Origin: Octopus sinensis
Taxonomy: Eukaryota
NCBI RefSeq assembly: GCF_006345805.1
Contig: NC_042998.1
Span: 54,746,001 to 54,810,000, forward strand
Direction: 5' to 3'
DNA length: 64,000 bases
Shown here: piece by piece, positions 1 to 12,905 of the stretch
How the letters are laid out: every line of letters starts with the position of its first letter
How positions within the stretch are numbered: position 1 is the stretch's first letter
Made by a program: the position numbers and the translations under genes
Notes under the pieces: generated by a model
Database searches by the model: none
Told to the model about the DNA's origin: nothing
The model's input: the letters and a program-made list of their open reading frames with translations, nothing else

Positions 1-161
1 AGGTTTTAGCTGCATGTTGTTCACAAGCAGAGAGAAGTTAATTATAAAACTTTTTAATAAACATATGGTGACTGACTCATCATGTGCTGTTGTGACAGAT
101 TAGGTTGCCATGTGATCATTGAAGTAGCATCTCAACATCTCTGATACAGATTTTGTCTGCT

Positions 162-376
162 TTAACTCCTTTGGTATCATATTCATGATGAAATGTATTG
201 CCTTTGTTTTAATTAATTTCAAAAGCAATGAAAAAAATAATTTTGTCCTTATTAAGCTGATGATTGGGACATAAATTCATATGAAATTTTATTTAATTTA
301 GATCACTTTAAAACAAAGAAGTTTGTACCATAGAACGAGAAAGCAGTTTTAGGTAGGCGGATATGAAAAGAGTTGA
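162..376. mobile_element. Degenerate TTAA-flanked (piggyBac-like) MITE
   Basis: TTAA-CTCCTTTGGTATC ... GATATGAAAAGAG-TTGA. Body resembles the intact copy at 22808. Confidence 0.5.
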
Positions 377-404
377 GATGTTTAGCTGGTATCTGAATAA
401 TAAT

Positions 405-505
405 CATGTGCAGAATGAGATGTGATGGGCAATATCATCTGCATAGAAATGACAGCAGACATGGCAAACGAATGCTTAACAGAGGAAAACGTCTTCAGTG
501 CATGC
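405..505 (-). pseudogene. Decayed LINE reverse-transcriptase remnant
   Basis: Minus frame reads HFYADDIAHH (YADD at 434-445). No other RT motifs are recognisable. Confidence 0.35.
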
Positions 506-509
506 TATA

Positions 510-893
510 TCATTATCATTTAATGTCCATTTTCCATGCTGGCATGGGCTAGATTGCTTGACTGGAGCTGGTAAGCCAGAAAGCTGCACCAGGCTCCAGT
601 CACCTGTTTTGGTTTGGTTTGGTTTCTATGGCTGATGCCAGTGCCAGCAGCATGTAAAAAGTACCATTCAAGCATGATCGATACCAGTGCCATCTGACTG
701 CCCCCCGTGCCAGTGGGACTTGAAAAGCACCCACTACACTCTCGGAGTGGTTGGCGTTAGGGAGGGCATCCAGCTGTAGAAACCTTGCCAGAACAAACTG
801 GAGCCTGACTGCAGCCTCCCGACTTCAGTCAAACAGCCCAACCCATGCCAGAATGGAAAGCAGATGTTAAACAATGATGATTATGATGAAGAT
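510..893. mobile_element. Two RTE-LINE 3' ends in inverted (tails-out) arrangement
   Basis: Left end is (CAT)n-tttaatgtccattttccatgctggcatggg (minus copy). Right end is acccatgccagaatggaaagcagatgttaaacaatgatga (plus copy). Same sequence as the 3' end of the RTE at 43105. Confidence 0.75.
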
Positions 894-3809
894 ATAATGT
901 TACACCATTCAAAGTTTAGGTAAACTTCGTCACCCACTCACTCACTCTTTCTTTCTCTCTCTCTCTCTCTCCCCCCACACGAAAATGAAACTCATTTCGG
1001 CGCCAAATATTGCAAAGGGAAATGTTTTGGTTTTTCAAATCAATTCTGCTATCTGGAATTATTATATTATGTATTATATCCAGTGATTTTAAGAGGTAGG
1101 AAAAAGATATTTTTGTTTTAATATTATACTTCGTTTCACACATACATGCAAAAACTCTAACATGTTTCTTTCTAGATGAATTTATCATTCGTTATCTCTC
1201 CACATACTTCATTACCATGAACTTCTATAACCTTCACATTTTCACTTATTTATTTCAAACTTCTTTGAATTTTCAATCCAATGTAATCCACACTCTCTCG
1301 AAAACGTATTTCTGCAAAATGTCATCTAAAATTATAGGTAAAGAAAGAAATAACAAAAAATATCTGAAAATGGGGGTGGGGTGAAATTTCCGAAGGTTTC
1401 ACCCCACCCCGTTTTATGGACCCCAAAAAGGGTTTTGTAGCATATTAGGAGATCATCGGAATTTATTCAACAAAAAAATTTCCAATGGTTCCGGAATATG
1501 GGGAGGGGGGATCCGGTTTCCTCACCCACCCCTTTTTCCGAACAAAAATTATGGGGTTTGCAGCATATTAGGAGACTTTTTATTTCTTAGAGAAAATCGT
1601 GCGGATGAATGGATCAAATAATACCAAATTTGAGCAACAGGTATGGTTTAAATGAACATGGGAAACATGTAAAATGTACTATTGAAAAGGGCTGTATATG
1701 TCGGAATGTGAAAAATACTTGATTGGTAGAATACAGCCGATAATGTACGTGCGTGTAATTTTAAGGTCCACTAAAAAGGAAATAGAGCGGAACGAGTAGT
1801 GTTGAGGAATGGGGTTAAAAGAACGAGTAGATATAAACGATCCGGCATGGAAAACGTGCACCAGCTAATATTATTTAAGGTTATGTTAGAAATCAATATT
1901 ATATAAGGCTTCATTAAAATAAAGGACACAAAAACAATTCCAACTTGTAGATAAGATTTGTAGTATAAAACCATTATTCCATTTTTTTAAGTTTATTTTT
2001 CGGTTGCTAATTAAATTAGAAATAGATGATAGCCGGTGTACGGTAAAGAAAATGTATTTGGCGAGCATATACATATATTTATTTATTTATTCAAACTTGA
2101 TGATTCAACTCTTCCTATTTTATTCTTTCTCTCAAGAAATAATAGGAAAACTATGATAGTCAAAATTTACCGCCGGTAAGAAAAAAAACATCCGTTTTTA
2201 GAGAAATAATATCCTGGAAACGAAAAGTTGTGACATGTCAGTGCTTGATTTACTTCTATCTCGTTTTCTATCAATCGAAGCACCGTAATGATTTCGAATT
2301 TGGATCGATTTTTTTGCAGAATATAGTGGAAGAAGAAACACAAAAACAATAATGTAGTGGGGGAGATCTAATGAGATCAGTTCAGGTGAGTCTGGAAATA
2401 ACAGACGATAAAAGTCTTCTATTAAAAATTACCGTCTGCTTCAGTTTGTTATCTAAGACAAAATCGATGAAGACAGAAAAAGGAAAAGAACAAATCTGTA
2501 GGTGATCGGTTTTATTTGAAACAAACGATATTACCTATCGAAAATAAGTAGTACTATGACCGAAATATTTGTTGATAATTTAACTTAAGCAATAATGTTC
2601 GTGTTTTCACTATGTCACTATTTTTGTTTTACCATGTCGACTACATCGAAAACCTATGGATGGATTGTCAGTTCCTTGATAGTTAAAACAAGGTACACAC
2701 GTTTACATATCTCTATAAAGGCTTCCTAAATTTTATTTATGCAGTAATTTTTAAGTTAAGAAACTATTTATCTCCCATAGAAAATCAATTCAGCATCATT
2801 TCCATCATAAATAAGATGGTAAGTTTCGCAGCAACAGCAGAGCACCGGATTAAATATTTTACAAGTTTTGAGTTCAAATCCCACTAAAGCCGATTTTGTT
2901 TTCTTCTCCCTCAGAGCCAACGAAAATAAGAAAAAAAATCACCAGGGAGATGCTGGGGTTCGATTCAATCAACTATAGACTTGTGTCATTATAAGGAATC
3001 CCCATATACATTTGTCATGTAAGAATGACTATAGGCTATATATATTCTTCTATATGTTTCACCTTTGATAAATATGAGTAAAATCAGGTCCAACTACGAA
3101 AGGAAATTTGAGTTTCGAACCCACTTCACTGGGAGTTTACTTTTAAGAAACACCGATAATCCTTTTGCATGGAGTTTTCGAAAAGGAAAGCTAAACGTGT
3201 TGCTAACGCCTGCAGCCAAAGAACTCATGACCCATTAATGCCAAATTAAGAAAGTAGCGAAAGGAATTTATTAAGGATAATTTCTCAATCATCTTCTTAG
3301 TGTAAGCAAATATAGTAAAATAAAGCAGTCCATAAACAGAATAGCGAAATAAACCTGTCTTATACATAAAATAATAGCGAAAGAAACTAGTTCATAAACA
3401 AAATAAAATAAAAATTCCAAATGGAATGTCTAGTGGATTTTTCTGCAAGGGAATGACGGCAAAACTTTGAATTCTCCACTTCGGTTGTTGGGTTGGTCGA
3501 TATGCAGGTAGATGTAATCCAGAAATAATTAAATCATTTCTTTAAAGAATCTTTTCTTTTCTTTTTCGCTATTCCTGGTTAATTTCGCGTTACGGTGGAA
3601 TTTTTTTTTTTTTTAAGAGATAATGTAAAAAAAAAAAAAATTATATATAATTTAATACAGTAAGAAAGTAGTAATATGCCAAATATAAATCTGTGGAGCG
3701 GAGGGAGGATGAGAAGGATTAAGCGAATTAAAAACAACATCAGCGAATGAAACAGCCAGCTTAAGAAACTTCGTGAAGAAATGAATGAAAAGTTTGTCTC
3801 GTTACTTAC

Positions 3810-4490
3810 TCTCCATTTGTGAGAATTTTGAGTTCGATTATTTATTTCCGAAATGGGTGGCACCTCCACGTCTTTCTCACATCAAAAGGAAAATTTCCGT
3901 AGCACCAGACAAGTAGAGACACATAAAGGGGTACGGTCAGTTTCAAAGTGTGTTATCAACATAAACACAACTAACGCTGGTAATAGCAACAGGAGAAACT
4001 ATAAGAAGCCACAAATCACCGGTGACATATTTTCAACGTCCCTCATCACAAAAATATTTCACATGTTCAGATAAACCATTTATAATTATTACGTTTTTGT
4101 ACCACTAATTTCTGTTTTTATGTATGTATATGCGCATTTTTTCGATTACTTCAGGAGATTAACGATTATTTTTGCATCGAAAACGTCGTTGTTGTTTCAA
4201 TGAATGCGATTGCTTTTCCTTATTATATTAATTTATTTGAGGGTGAAAGTTATTTATATCACCGCCAGACGAAGGTAACACGAGTGTGTTGATTTCAAAA
4301 CCCAAAACTTTATTGCGATTCCTTATATTAACCACAAATTCAGCGATGTTGTTGCTTCATAACAAAATTTGCATCGTTTTATTGTTATGAAATCCATATT
4401 TATTAACTGTCATTACTTTTAAAGCCACCTTGTTATATATACAACTTTATCTAACTTGCTTCTCTTCCCATTTAATTTTATAAACAAGAT
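3810..4490. promoter_or_regulatory. Putative bidirectional promoter / 5' UTR region
   Basis: Repeat-free, relatively CpG-rich stretch upstream of the TSEN54 ATG. Possible + strand UTR-exon donor GAAG|GTAACA at about 4275 and acceptor at about 4489. On the minus strand ATGGAGA|GTAAGT at 3816-3804 suggests a divergent first exon. Confidence 0.35.
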
Positions 4491-4550
4491 TTATAGATTG
4501 ATTTGGGAACTAAAACATTTGATTCGAACATTCAAACTATACAGAAAATT

Positions 4551-4609
4551 ATGGACTCTGAAGTTATTCCAGATTTTAAGAAATATTTCAAACCTAACAG
4601 TCTTTTAAG
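4551..4609 (+). CDS. TSEN54: TSEN54 first coding exon (MDSEVIPDFKKYFKPNSLLS)
   Basis: ATG at 4551, open 59 nt, donor AG|GTAAAT at 4610. Phase 2 joins the next exon to give ...LLS|AEQL, matching the RVLS|AREL junction of Sen54 proteins. Confidence 0.8.
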
Positions 4610-5091
4610 GTAAATATTATTTCTTACATTTAGTGATTGTTTTCAGTTTTTAAATGTACACTTGTTTAAAATTCAATGTGATCGTTGCTAACGTTGTTTA
4701 TATTTTACATTTATTTAACGATCGGCATTTGTTTTAAATGCACACGTTTAAAATTTAATGAATCACCGATAGACGTTATTTCTATATTTCAATATGTAAA
4801 ACTTCATACATTTTGAGTGTAAAAGCCTTGCAAAGCTACTACTCGAATCACTAAGTGTTCTGAATCGGCTGTAATTCTTGAAAGGAATGAGCTCTGTTTT
4901 AATTAACTTGGTGGGGCTGGGAGGGTGGGGGTTCTTATTTGTTATATGTATCCACTGTTTTGAGTTACTTACATATACACTTTCGGATTATCGAAGAAAT
5001 TGCTTAAACCGTCCGCAAAATTTAGTTACCCTGATGCTAAATTTTGAAACCAAGCATTTATTAAATGATTTGTAATTATGATAAAAATCGA

Positions 5092-5127
<36 letters not shown>

Positions 5128-6201
5128 CATAACTTCGGTATAAGTACCGGAAGTACCGAATACATTTCAAGAAAGTGTTCTTTTTCATATATGGGGTGGG
5201 GGGTTAGGGGTGGGATAAAACGGTTTCTGTTATCTTCAGAAATGTAAACAAATTCACGTGTGTACTTATACCGAAGGATCGCTATATATATATATATATA
5301 TATATATACATACACGTGTGTGTTTGTGTGTATGACAAAAAAGCACATTCAGTATGAGTAACCGTGGTTATATTTTTTGTATCAATATATATTGATATTG
5401 GTGGCTTCCGGTTACCATTTCCGAAGAGTCGTTTATGCTGCCAATTGGAAATGCCGGTAGGGAACCGACGGCAACATTCTGACCGGTGAAACGTTGTGAC
5501 CAGTTATATATTGCTTGACTAATATATAAATAGGTACAGAACGTACTCTGGGGGAATTCAAAAGTGTAACAATCCAAGTGTGTACAAGTGATCCACTAAT
5601 TAAGTATTCCAAATCATTGTCTGAAGGACGTAGAAAATCATGTGTCAGTGTGCGGTAGAAAGTCCGTCTCAGCATGCAGTAAGTAGAAAGTCCGTGTCAG
5701 CGAGTGGTAGAAATAAAACAAGATTTGATCGTGCGTTGCCATAATGTTATGAAATTGTAGAAATTTTTTTTAAAAAACTGTAATTCGTGATAGCCGAAAG
5801 TGCTATTTTGTTTAAATTCTCTACTGGTCTGTACTATAGAAATTTGTGTAACTGGGACAAGCTATAATGATCATTATAAATAGTTCATACTATATGAGAC
5901 TTTGATTTTAGTATCAAGAAATTCTGAAAAGATTAATGTCACAGATAAACTTAAAGGAGTGACTATCACCAAGAGAAAGCTAAATACCACTTTCTACTAG
6001 TTAATTGACAATAATTATATATATAATATATGTATAGTGTAAATAACCAACTAAGGGATAAAATATATATAGTGTAAATAACCAACTAAGGGATAAAATA
6101 TCTGTATATACTATCGGTATCCGTTACCCATATTATCCTCGGGCATTGGTGTGCAGGTAACAACAGGATAAACAAGAGTTTATCAGGAAACAAATACAAT
6201 T

Positions 6202-6588
6202 AATCAGAAAATGGAGAAAACCTCAGATTAACAAACGCATCGATGGGACCTCATTTATAGCTTATTTTTTATACAAAGCCTGACGTAACAAAATAGGTGA
6301 TGTAACAAACCTTACAGCTGTTTCCGCATCCGCTGCCAAAACACTGTCTATAAGTAACTGCGAAAATAAAATTCTTCATCTTCATAGGACATTCGAATAT
6401 CCAATGGAAATAAAGAATTTTATTTTCGCAATTACTTATAGACAGCGTTTTGGCAGCGGATATGGAAACAGCCGGTAAGATTTGATGCATCGCATATTTG
6501 TTATGTCATGCTTTGTATTAAATAATAAGCTATAAATGTGGTCCAATTGATGTGTTTGTTATTCTGAGGTTTTCTCCATTTACTGATT
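6202..6588. mobile_element. Fold-back MITE with about 170-bp imperfect inverted arms
   Basis: aatcagaaaatggagaaaacctcaga...gcgaaaataaaattctt versus aagaattttattttcgc...tctgaggttttctccatttactgatt, with a spacer of about 35 bp. Confidence 0.75.
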
Positions 6589-6742
6589 GGCTGTGTGGTA
6601 AGTAGCTTGTTTACCAACCACATGGTTTCGGGTTCAGTCCTACTGCGTGGCACCTTGGGCAAGTGTCTTCTACTATAGCCTCGGGCCGACCAAAGCCTTG
6701 TGAGTGGATTTGGTAGACGGAAACTGAAAGAAGCCCGTCGTA

Positions 6743-6802
<60 letters not shown>

Positions 6803-7005
6803 CGTGTATGTATGTGTTTGTCCTCCTAGCATTGCTTGACAACCGATGCTGGTGTGTTTATGTCCCCGTCACTTAGCGGTTCGGCAAAAGAGATCGATAG
6901 AATAAGTACTGGGCTTACAAAGAATAAGTCCCAGGGTCGAGTTGCTCGACTAAAGGCGGTGCTCCAGCATGACCGCCGTCAACTGACTGAAACAAGTAAA
7001 AGAGT
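6588..7005 (+). mobile_element. tRNA-derived CORE-type SINE (OR2-like), family B
   Basis: A-box TGGCTGTGTGG, B-box GGTTCAGTCC, CORE-like accttgggcaagt, internal (TA)n(TG)n, tail gaaacaagtaaaagagt. More than 15 further copies occur in the window. Confidence 0.9.
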
Positions 7006-7574
7006 ATATATATATATATAAACATAGGTTTGGTGATTTGATAAGTACTCACAAAAAAACTTTTGGTCTTTGAGTCACTTTGTTACTTCTCAGGTGTCTG
7101 TTGTATGTGATTTTGTAGAATGTTCTGTGCATGTAACCTGTCAGTTGGTATGAATCTTGTAATAGTTGTTGAAGTTATAATGGGTGTGGCCATAAGTTGT
7201 ATCTGACTGATTGCATATGGCATTGCTGTATGCATGTATATAGTTGCACCTGTACATTGTGGTAGAAAAGTTTAGCACCATTAGTGGATATTGTTGATGA
7301 TAAAAAAGCCAGATATTTGAGTTGTTATTAAAAGTATAGTCAAATAAGCTCATTGTAATTCTTTTATGTGCTCAGCTGCAGTTCCACTAGCTAGAGCTAG
7401 GATCATCAAACTGGCCACTGTTCAGTAGGGAGGTATCAGAATTGATTTCATGGTTAGATTTCCATTCATCACTGCTCTATAAAATGTTGATGTAAGTGCA
7501 AGAGGCAAGTGGGTCTCTATGTTGTATGTGCTTTTGTAGAATTGAATCTGTAGATTCAATTCAACAAAATTGGA

Positions 7575-8140
7575 ATGTGGCGAGTATGGCCATGTGCTAC
7601 GTGTGGATGAGGACGTATGTGTGAGGAAGTGCCACACCCCAACAGTGGAAGGAACCTGTGGAAGAGGTAGAGCCAAGAAGACATGGGATGAGGTGGTGAA
7701 GCATGACCTTCGAACATTGGGCCTCACAGAGGCAATGACAAGAGACCGAGACCTTTGGAGATATGCTTTGATTGAGAAGACTCGGCAAGTAAAGTGAGAT
7801 CTTAGCCATGGCCAATGCCAGTGTTGCATGACCAGCCCATTCAAAAGTACCCTAGAAGTGTCGGGCGATATGATATGCTTGAGAAGACCTGTTGAGTCAA
7901 GTAAAATCGAAATTGTAACAAGTTGCACGAAAAATGCACCCTCCGAATGTGGTCAATGCCAGTGCCCCTTGATTGGCACCCACTACACTCTCTGACTGAT
8001 TGGCATTAGGAAGGGCATCCAGTTGTAGAAATATTGCCAGATCTGATTGGAGCTTGGTGCATCCATTGGCTTGCCGGACCTCAATCAAACCATCCAACCC
8101 ATGCCAGCATGGAAAGTGGATGTTAAACGATGATGAGGAG
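7575..8140 (+). mobile_element. 5'-truncated RTE LINE (ORF2 C-terminus plus 3' UTR, (GAT)n tail)
   Basis: YGHVLRVDEDVCVRKC...GRGRAKKTWDEVVKHDLR...WRYAL, followed by the family 3' end. Confidence 0.9.
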
Positions 8141-8354
8141 GAGGAATTGAACTCAGTACTACAAGTCAACAAAACACTCGTCAAATCAACAGTGCTACCA
8201 TTCTTCACAACAGTGAACTATTATATCTGGTACATTCCCAAGGACTAAGTGGAATCAAACAATGAGAATTAAATAGCTTACTCACAGCCATAACATAGTA
8301 CAAGTGAGAGAAGACAAACTTCCAGGCCTTTTTGCTGTTGGAATAGTACTGTCA

Positions 8355-8745
8355 ACTTGTACTTACTTGTACTTGTGGCGACGTTCACCCTGGGCAGGTT
8401 GAGTCGGCTTCTTCTACCACCCTCGAGCCATCTCAAACCATGGCAGCCCACGCACGACAGTCCTGCACCAGTTCACTGGAGATAGTGAGCCAGTCATGGT
8501 TCCATCGGCACAGGCCGACCACCCGCTGACCCATGAGCACAGAGAGGTCCTCCTTGATCGTCGCAACCCAGGTCTTCAGCTGCCCGCCTGCGCGTTTCCG
8601 CCAGTTGGGAAGTGGAGTTGGGAGAAGGACATCACGGCTCAGTTCACCCACCGGACGCTTACATGCATGGCCAAACCACCGCAAGTGTCGTTGCAGAAGG
8701 ACAGATGGAAGGGGCCGTAGAGACATGTCAACTTGGACATGAAAA
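8355..8745 (-). mobile_element. 3' fragment of a second RTE-clade LINE with (CAAGTA)n tail
   Basis: LRWFGHACKR...WRKRAGGQLKTW...IKEDL...DCRAWAAMV. Tail acaagtacaagtaagtacaag on the minus strand. Confidence 0.85.
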
Positions 8746-10194
8746 GACAAATTTTAAGTTTTCCTGTAATCTAATGTCATAATACTTCTCTCAGTTAAGT
8801 TGTTTTTCTCTCTTTTTGGTCATTACCTCTACATTTTGTTGGTAAATCTAAGATAGAGATTCTGAAACAAAAAATTTTGGTAGTCTTTTTTTTGTCTGTT
8901 AGAATAGTAGTTACTGTCCATTTTGTGTTGTGGGTTTATATTTTGTTGAAGAAAATGTGGGCAAAGTTTCAATTCCAATGTGATGCAGTTTTTTTTCTAG
9001 ACCAAGAAAAAGGCTGACATATGCCTACATAGCAAAGCAATGTGAGTACTGTCATAACTGTATTTAAATAGGAATGATGTTGAAGGAGCACATATGAACA
9101 AAAAAAACGCTCCTGTTATATTATAAAATTACAATTAGTAAGATATTCACTTGGTGAGTGTTTGAGTGTGATAGGTTCATCATTCTGAATACTTTAGGGA
9201 GGGAATAATGTTAAGTTTTTTACTATAATCTACTACTGCTATTTACTTTTGTTTGATTGTAGCCACACATTTCATTGATGGTTAATATTTTGATGCTTCA
9301 GGTTTTTATTAGATTTTCTTTGTGTACTTTCTATTTAACACGTTCTCCTTTGACTCTGAAAGGTTAATGCAGCTGTTTTACACCTTGTATTCGTGTAATT
9401 ACTTTTCATGCAGTAATTGTTTCTGCTACTCTCCTTTCTATTATGAAGTTCGTGTGAAATTTTGTCTTTTGTCAGAAGAAAGAAGAGTTATGTGCCTTGC
9501 ACGGAACACAACACGTTATAAGATTAATATTTAGTTCTACTTTTAACTTTACAGCTGTTGTTCGCCATTTTTATAAATGATTCTTGATATTTCTTTGCTC
9601 TGCTCCATGTGGATATATCTATAAAATATTTACATTTTTCTAATCTTTCCTGATTTGTTTACATGAAATGTGTCGGTTGTCACAAACCAAATCTATGGAA
9701 GTAGAAAGTGACGGATAATAAAGCTTTAAAATCAAGTATGGTGTCTACTGTAGAATGTTATAGTTTCAGCAATTAAAAATTGAAATTATAGCATTTGTAA
9801 AAGTTTTCGTTCAATTTGTGAACTGTTTTTCTTATTGCTAAATAAATCTTTAGTATCACTTATTTTTGTCAAATATAATAAAGTTTCACTTAAAATCCCC
9901 ACCACCAACAACAGTATAAACAGCTTACCATTTCTTCTGCTTGGCTTAGCCTTACGTCCATCCTTCCTCATCTCCCACTCCATTTACTTTCTACCACCCA
10001 GCTTAACACCATTTACTTCACCTAAATCATCAATCTATTGTAACTGACTGAATCAACACAGTTGTCTCTCTTGTATCCATCATTTACTACATTCCTCATT
10101 TATTTCCATTTGCTCTTTCCAAAGAGTTTCGAAGGACTTTCTTCACATGGAAAGTAAGGCAGAACATTTTTTTATGTATTACTTCAAGCAAGGT

Positions 10195-10478
10195 CGTTGC
10201 CAGTGCCGCTGGACTGGCTCCTGTGCAGGTGGCACGTAAAAAAACACCATTTGAGCTTGGCCGTTGCCAGTACTGCCTGACTGGCCCTCGTGCCGGTGGC
10301 ATGTAAAAGCACCCACTACTCTCTTGGAGTGGTTGGCGTTAAGAAGGGCATCCAGCTGTAGAAACCCTGCCAGATCAAGATTGGAGCCTGGTGCAGCCAT
10401 CTGGCTTGCCAGTCCTCAATCAAATTGTCCAACCCATGCTAGCATGGAAAGCGGACATTAAACGATGATGAGGATGAC
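10195..10478 (+). mobile_element. RTE 3' UTR fragment
   Basis: Matches the RTE 3' end and ends ...gcggacattaaacgatgatgag. Confidence 0.85.
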
Positions 10479-10524
10479 CTCAACTTCAGTCAATTATCCA
10501 ACTTTATATCAGTCTCAGCGAACG

Positions 10525-10945
10525 TAATTAACTCTTTAGCATTCCAGATTACTTTGTCAAATATGAGGTTTATTTATGCACTGGATTTGGTTGGTTAAAC
10601 CCTTGAGCATTCAGATTACTCTGTCGAATGTGATGCTTATTTATGCACATTGTTTTGAATTAATCATGTTTTATCTCATAGCTTTGAGATCTCAGTTATG
10701 TGATTGTTTATTTTCAAAATGACATCGTAGGATAAGTGTGAGAGGCTGGATTTGGTTGGTTAAACCGTTTAGCATTCAGATTACTATGTCAAATGTAATG
10801 CTTATTTATGCACATTGTCTTGAATCAATCATGCATTTTATCTTGTAGTCTTGATATTTCAATGATTTGAGTATTTTTTTATTGTTATTTTTAAAATGAT
10901 ATTATAGGATAGGTGTGAGAAACTGGATAAAGGCAGTCTGAAAAT
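10525..10945 (+). mobile_element. Three tandem partial copies of a TTAA MITE
   Basis: Units start ttaactctttagcatt (about 10528), ttaaacccttgagcatt (about 10596) and ttaaaccgtttagcatt (about 10760). Same family as 54790-54983. Confidence 0.7.
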
Positions 10946-10949
10946 AAAA

Positions 10950-11355
10950 TAGTGTGGTAAGTAGCTTGCTAACCAACCACATGGTTCCGGGTTCAGTCCC
11001 ACTGCGTGGCATCTTGGGCAAGTGTCTTCTGCTATAGCCCCAGGCCGACCAATGCCTTGTGAGTGGATTTGGTAGACGGAAACTGAAAGAAGCCTGTCGT
11101 ATATATGTATATATATATATATGTATGTGTGTGTTTGTGTGTCTGTGTTTGTCCCCCTAGCATTGCTTGACAACCGATGCTGATGTGTTTACGTCTCCGT
11201 CACTTAGTGGTTCGGCAAAAGAGACCGATAGAATAAGTACTGAGCTTACAAAGAATAAGTCCTGGGGTTGATTTGCTCGATTAAAGGCGGTGCTCCAGCA
11301 TGGCCGCAGTCAAATGACTGAAACAATTAAAAGAGTAAAAGAGTAAAGAGAGTAT
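10950..11355 (+). mobile_element. Family B SINE
   Basis: Full head-microsatellite-tail structure as at 6588. Confidence 0.9.
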
Positions 11356-11509
11356 ATGGGCTGAATATGGCCAGTTTAATTGCTAAGTACTAATGATGCC
11401 ATACAAGTATCTGATTTGTTTGATTTAAATTATTTATTTGAAGATGACTCAACTAATGATGTATATAAATATGTAATATTAATATATAAACATGTAATCT
11501 TTTCCCCAG

Positions 11510-11674
11510 TGCTGAACAGTTGGTGCATCAATTCAAAACAGCTGACAAGACTATTCCACTGAAAGGTGGCACCAAAGATTTCCAACCAGATGGATCGTGG
11601 CTTCAAGGAAAGAAACTTGACATGCTGCTTTCCACCAAAGAAACATTACTTGCTGAACAGAGGATAGATAGATT
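11510..11674 (+). CDS. TSEN54: TSEN54 coding exon 2 (AEQLVHQFKTADKTIPLKGGTKDFQPDGSWLQGKKLDMLLSTKETLLAEQRIDRL)
   Basis: Acceptor ttttccccag, donor GTAAGT, 165 nt, phase 2-2. KDFxPDGS and LLAEQRxxRL are recognisable Sen54 N-terminal motifs. Confidence 0.93.
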
Positions 11675-11859
11675 GTAAGTCATTTTGGTTTCTGCTTTGC
11701 TACAATTGAATAAGTTTTTAGCATAGTAAACTTTAAGATTCCAGAGATCAGGATCAGAAATGTAATAACAATTCCGATTTTCAAAATAAAGATAAATATT
11801 GTCTGCTCAGTCATAGTAGGTCAACACTGTAGGATGAACAAGGCTCTTGTTTACAAAGA

Positions 11860-12060
11860 CCCTACAACTGGTACCAAGCTGTATTGGCCTTTACCTTTCC
11901 CTTGGATAACATTAGTGGCATGGAGAGGGGATACTAGTATGCATCGGCAACTGCTGGTCTTACATAAATAATCTTGTCCAGACTTGTTTCTCAGAGGGGA
12001 ACTTTCTAGATGCAATCCTATGGTCATTCATGACCAAAGAGGTTCTTTACCCTTTTACCT
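11860..12060 (+). mobile_element. Family E SINE, 3' part
   Basis: Shares cctttcccttggataac...gcaatcctatggtcattcatgacc with the copies at 34950-35270 and 36020-36320. Confidence 0.75.
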
Positions 12061-12619
12061 TCATTGAAGAACAGAAAAAGATGTGTTGCAGTAGAGAAGA
12101 AAAATTACTGCTTCAGGTGAAGAGGGAGAGAGGAGAGAAGATGGTGAAGATGCAACAATGGTGGGTGAGGGGGTTACATCCTAGACTCAAGAAAGTGTAT
12201 TTAGTGAAATGGACCTGGGATTGGAGAGAGTCTGTAGGTGGATGGGTGGGTAAGTTTGAGAGATTGTGGGGAGAGAGAGATGAAGGGTGGAAGGAATGCA
12301 GTGAGTGGGCATAGACAGAGGGAGGGTAGGTATTTGGTGGACATGTTGTGGGGAAGAGATTCAACAGGGACAAAATGTATGCAGGTAGGTTCAGGATGGA
12401 GCTCGGAAGATAGAGGGGTAGAGAATAGAATGGGTGGTAAGTCCGAGTGGGGTTGGGAGGAAGGTGTTGGAAGATTGGTAATGGGTTGTGTGGGGAGAGG
12501 TTTGTCAGGGCACAGATTGATTGTGTGTGTGTGTTGGATTGTGGGCCATAGTCATAAAGAACAAGCCTTTATGGCCTCCCTTTTTACTTTTGTAAACACA
12601 GCAAATTGCCAATTGTTTC

Positions 12620-12905
12620 TGTCCTTTGTCATGTGTGTGTGTGTGTGTGTGCATGCATGCATGTGCTTGTGAGTTTGTGTACCCTTGCCTTGATATCATG
12701 TAATGGCTGTGAATGAGCATCATATCATACAAGCAATGTTGTTTGTTTCCAGTCTTCCATGAAAAACATGTCTGAGAAAATATCTCGTTTCTTGGAAGCA
12801 GGTGAGGGTCAGTGACAGGAAGGGCATCCAACTGTAGAAATCTAACCCATGCAAGCATGGAAAAGTGAACAGAAAAAGAAGAAGATGATGATGATGAAGG
12901 TGGTG
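12620..12905 (+). mobile_element. SINE 3' half ending in the RTE tail (family G)
   Basis: (TG)n, body, then ggaagggcatcc...acccatgcaagcatggaaaagtg...(GAT)n. Other copies at 30960-31160 (-), 52740-53010 (+) and 63085-63290 (-). Confidence 0.7.

Noticed and set aside
1371-1580. G/C-run palindromes (ggggtggggtgaaa...tttcaccccacccc)
   Set aside because: Probably a DNA-transposon remnant, but ends and TSD could not be defined.
6501-6842. ORFs containing YIYI/HTHT runs (many across the window)
   Set aside because: Translations of SINE and microsatellite sequence.
12060-12560. G/purine-rich stretch with ORFs on both strands
   Set aside because: No convincing motifs. Possibly a decayed LINE, but unsupported.
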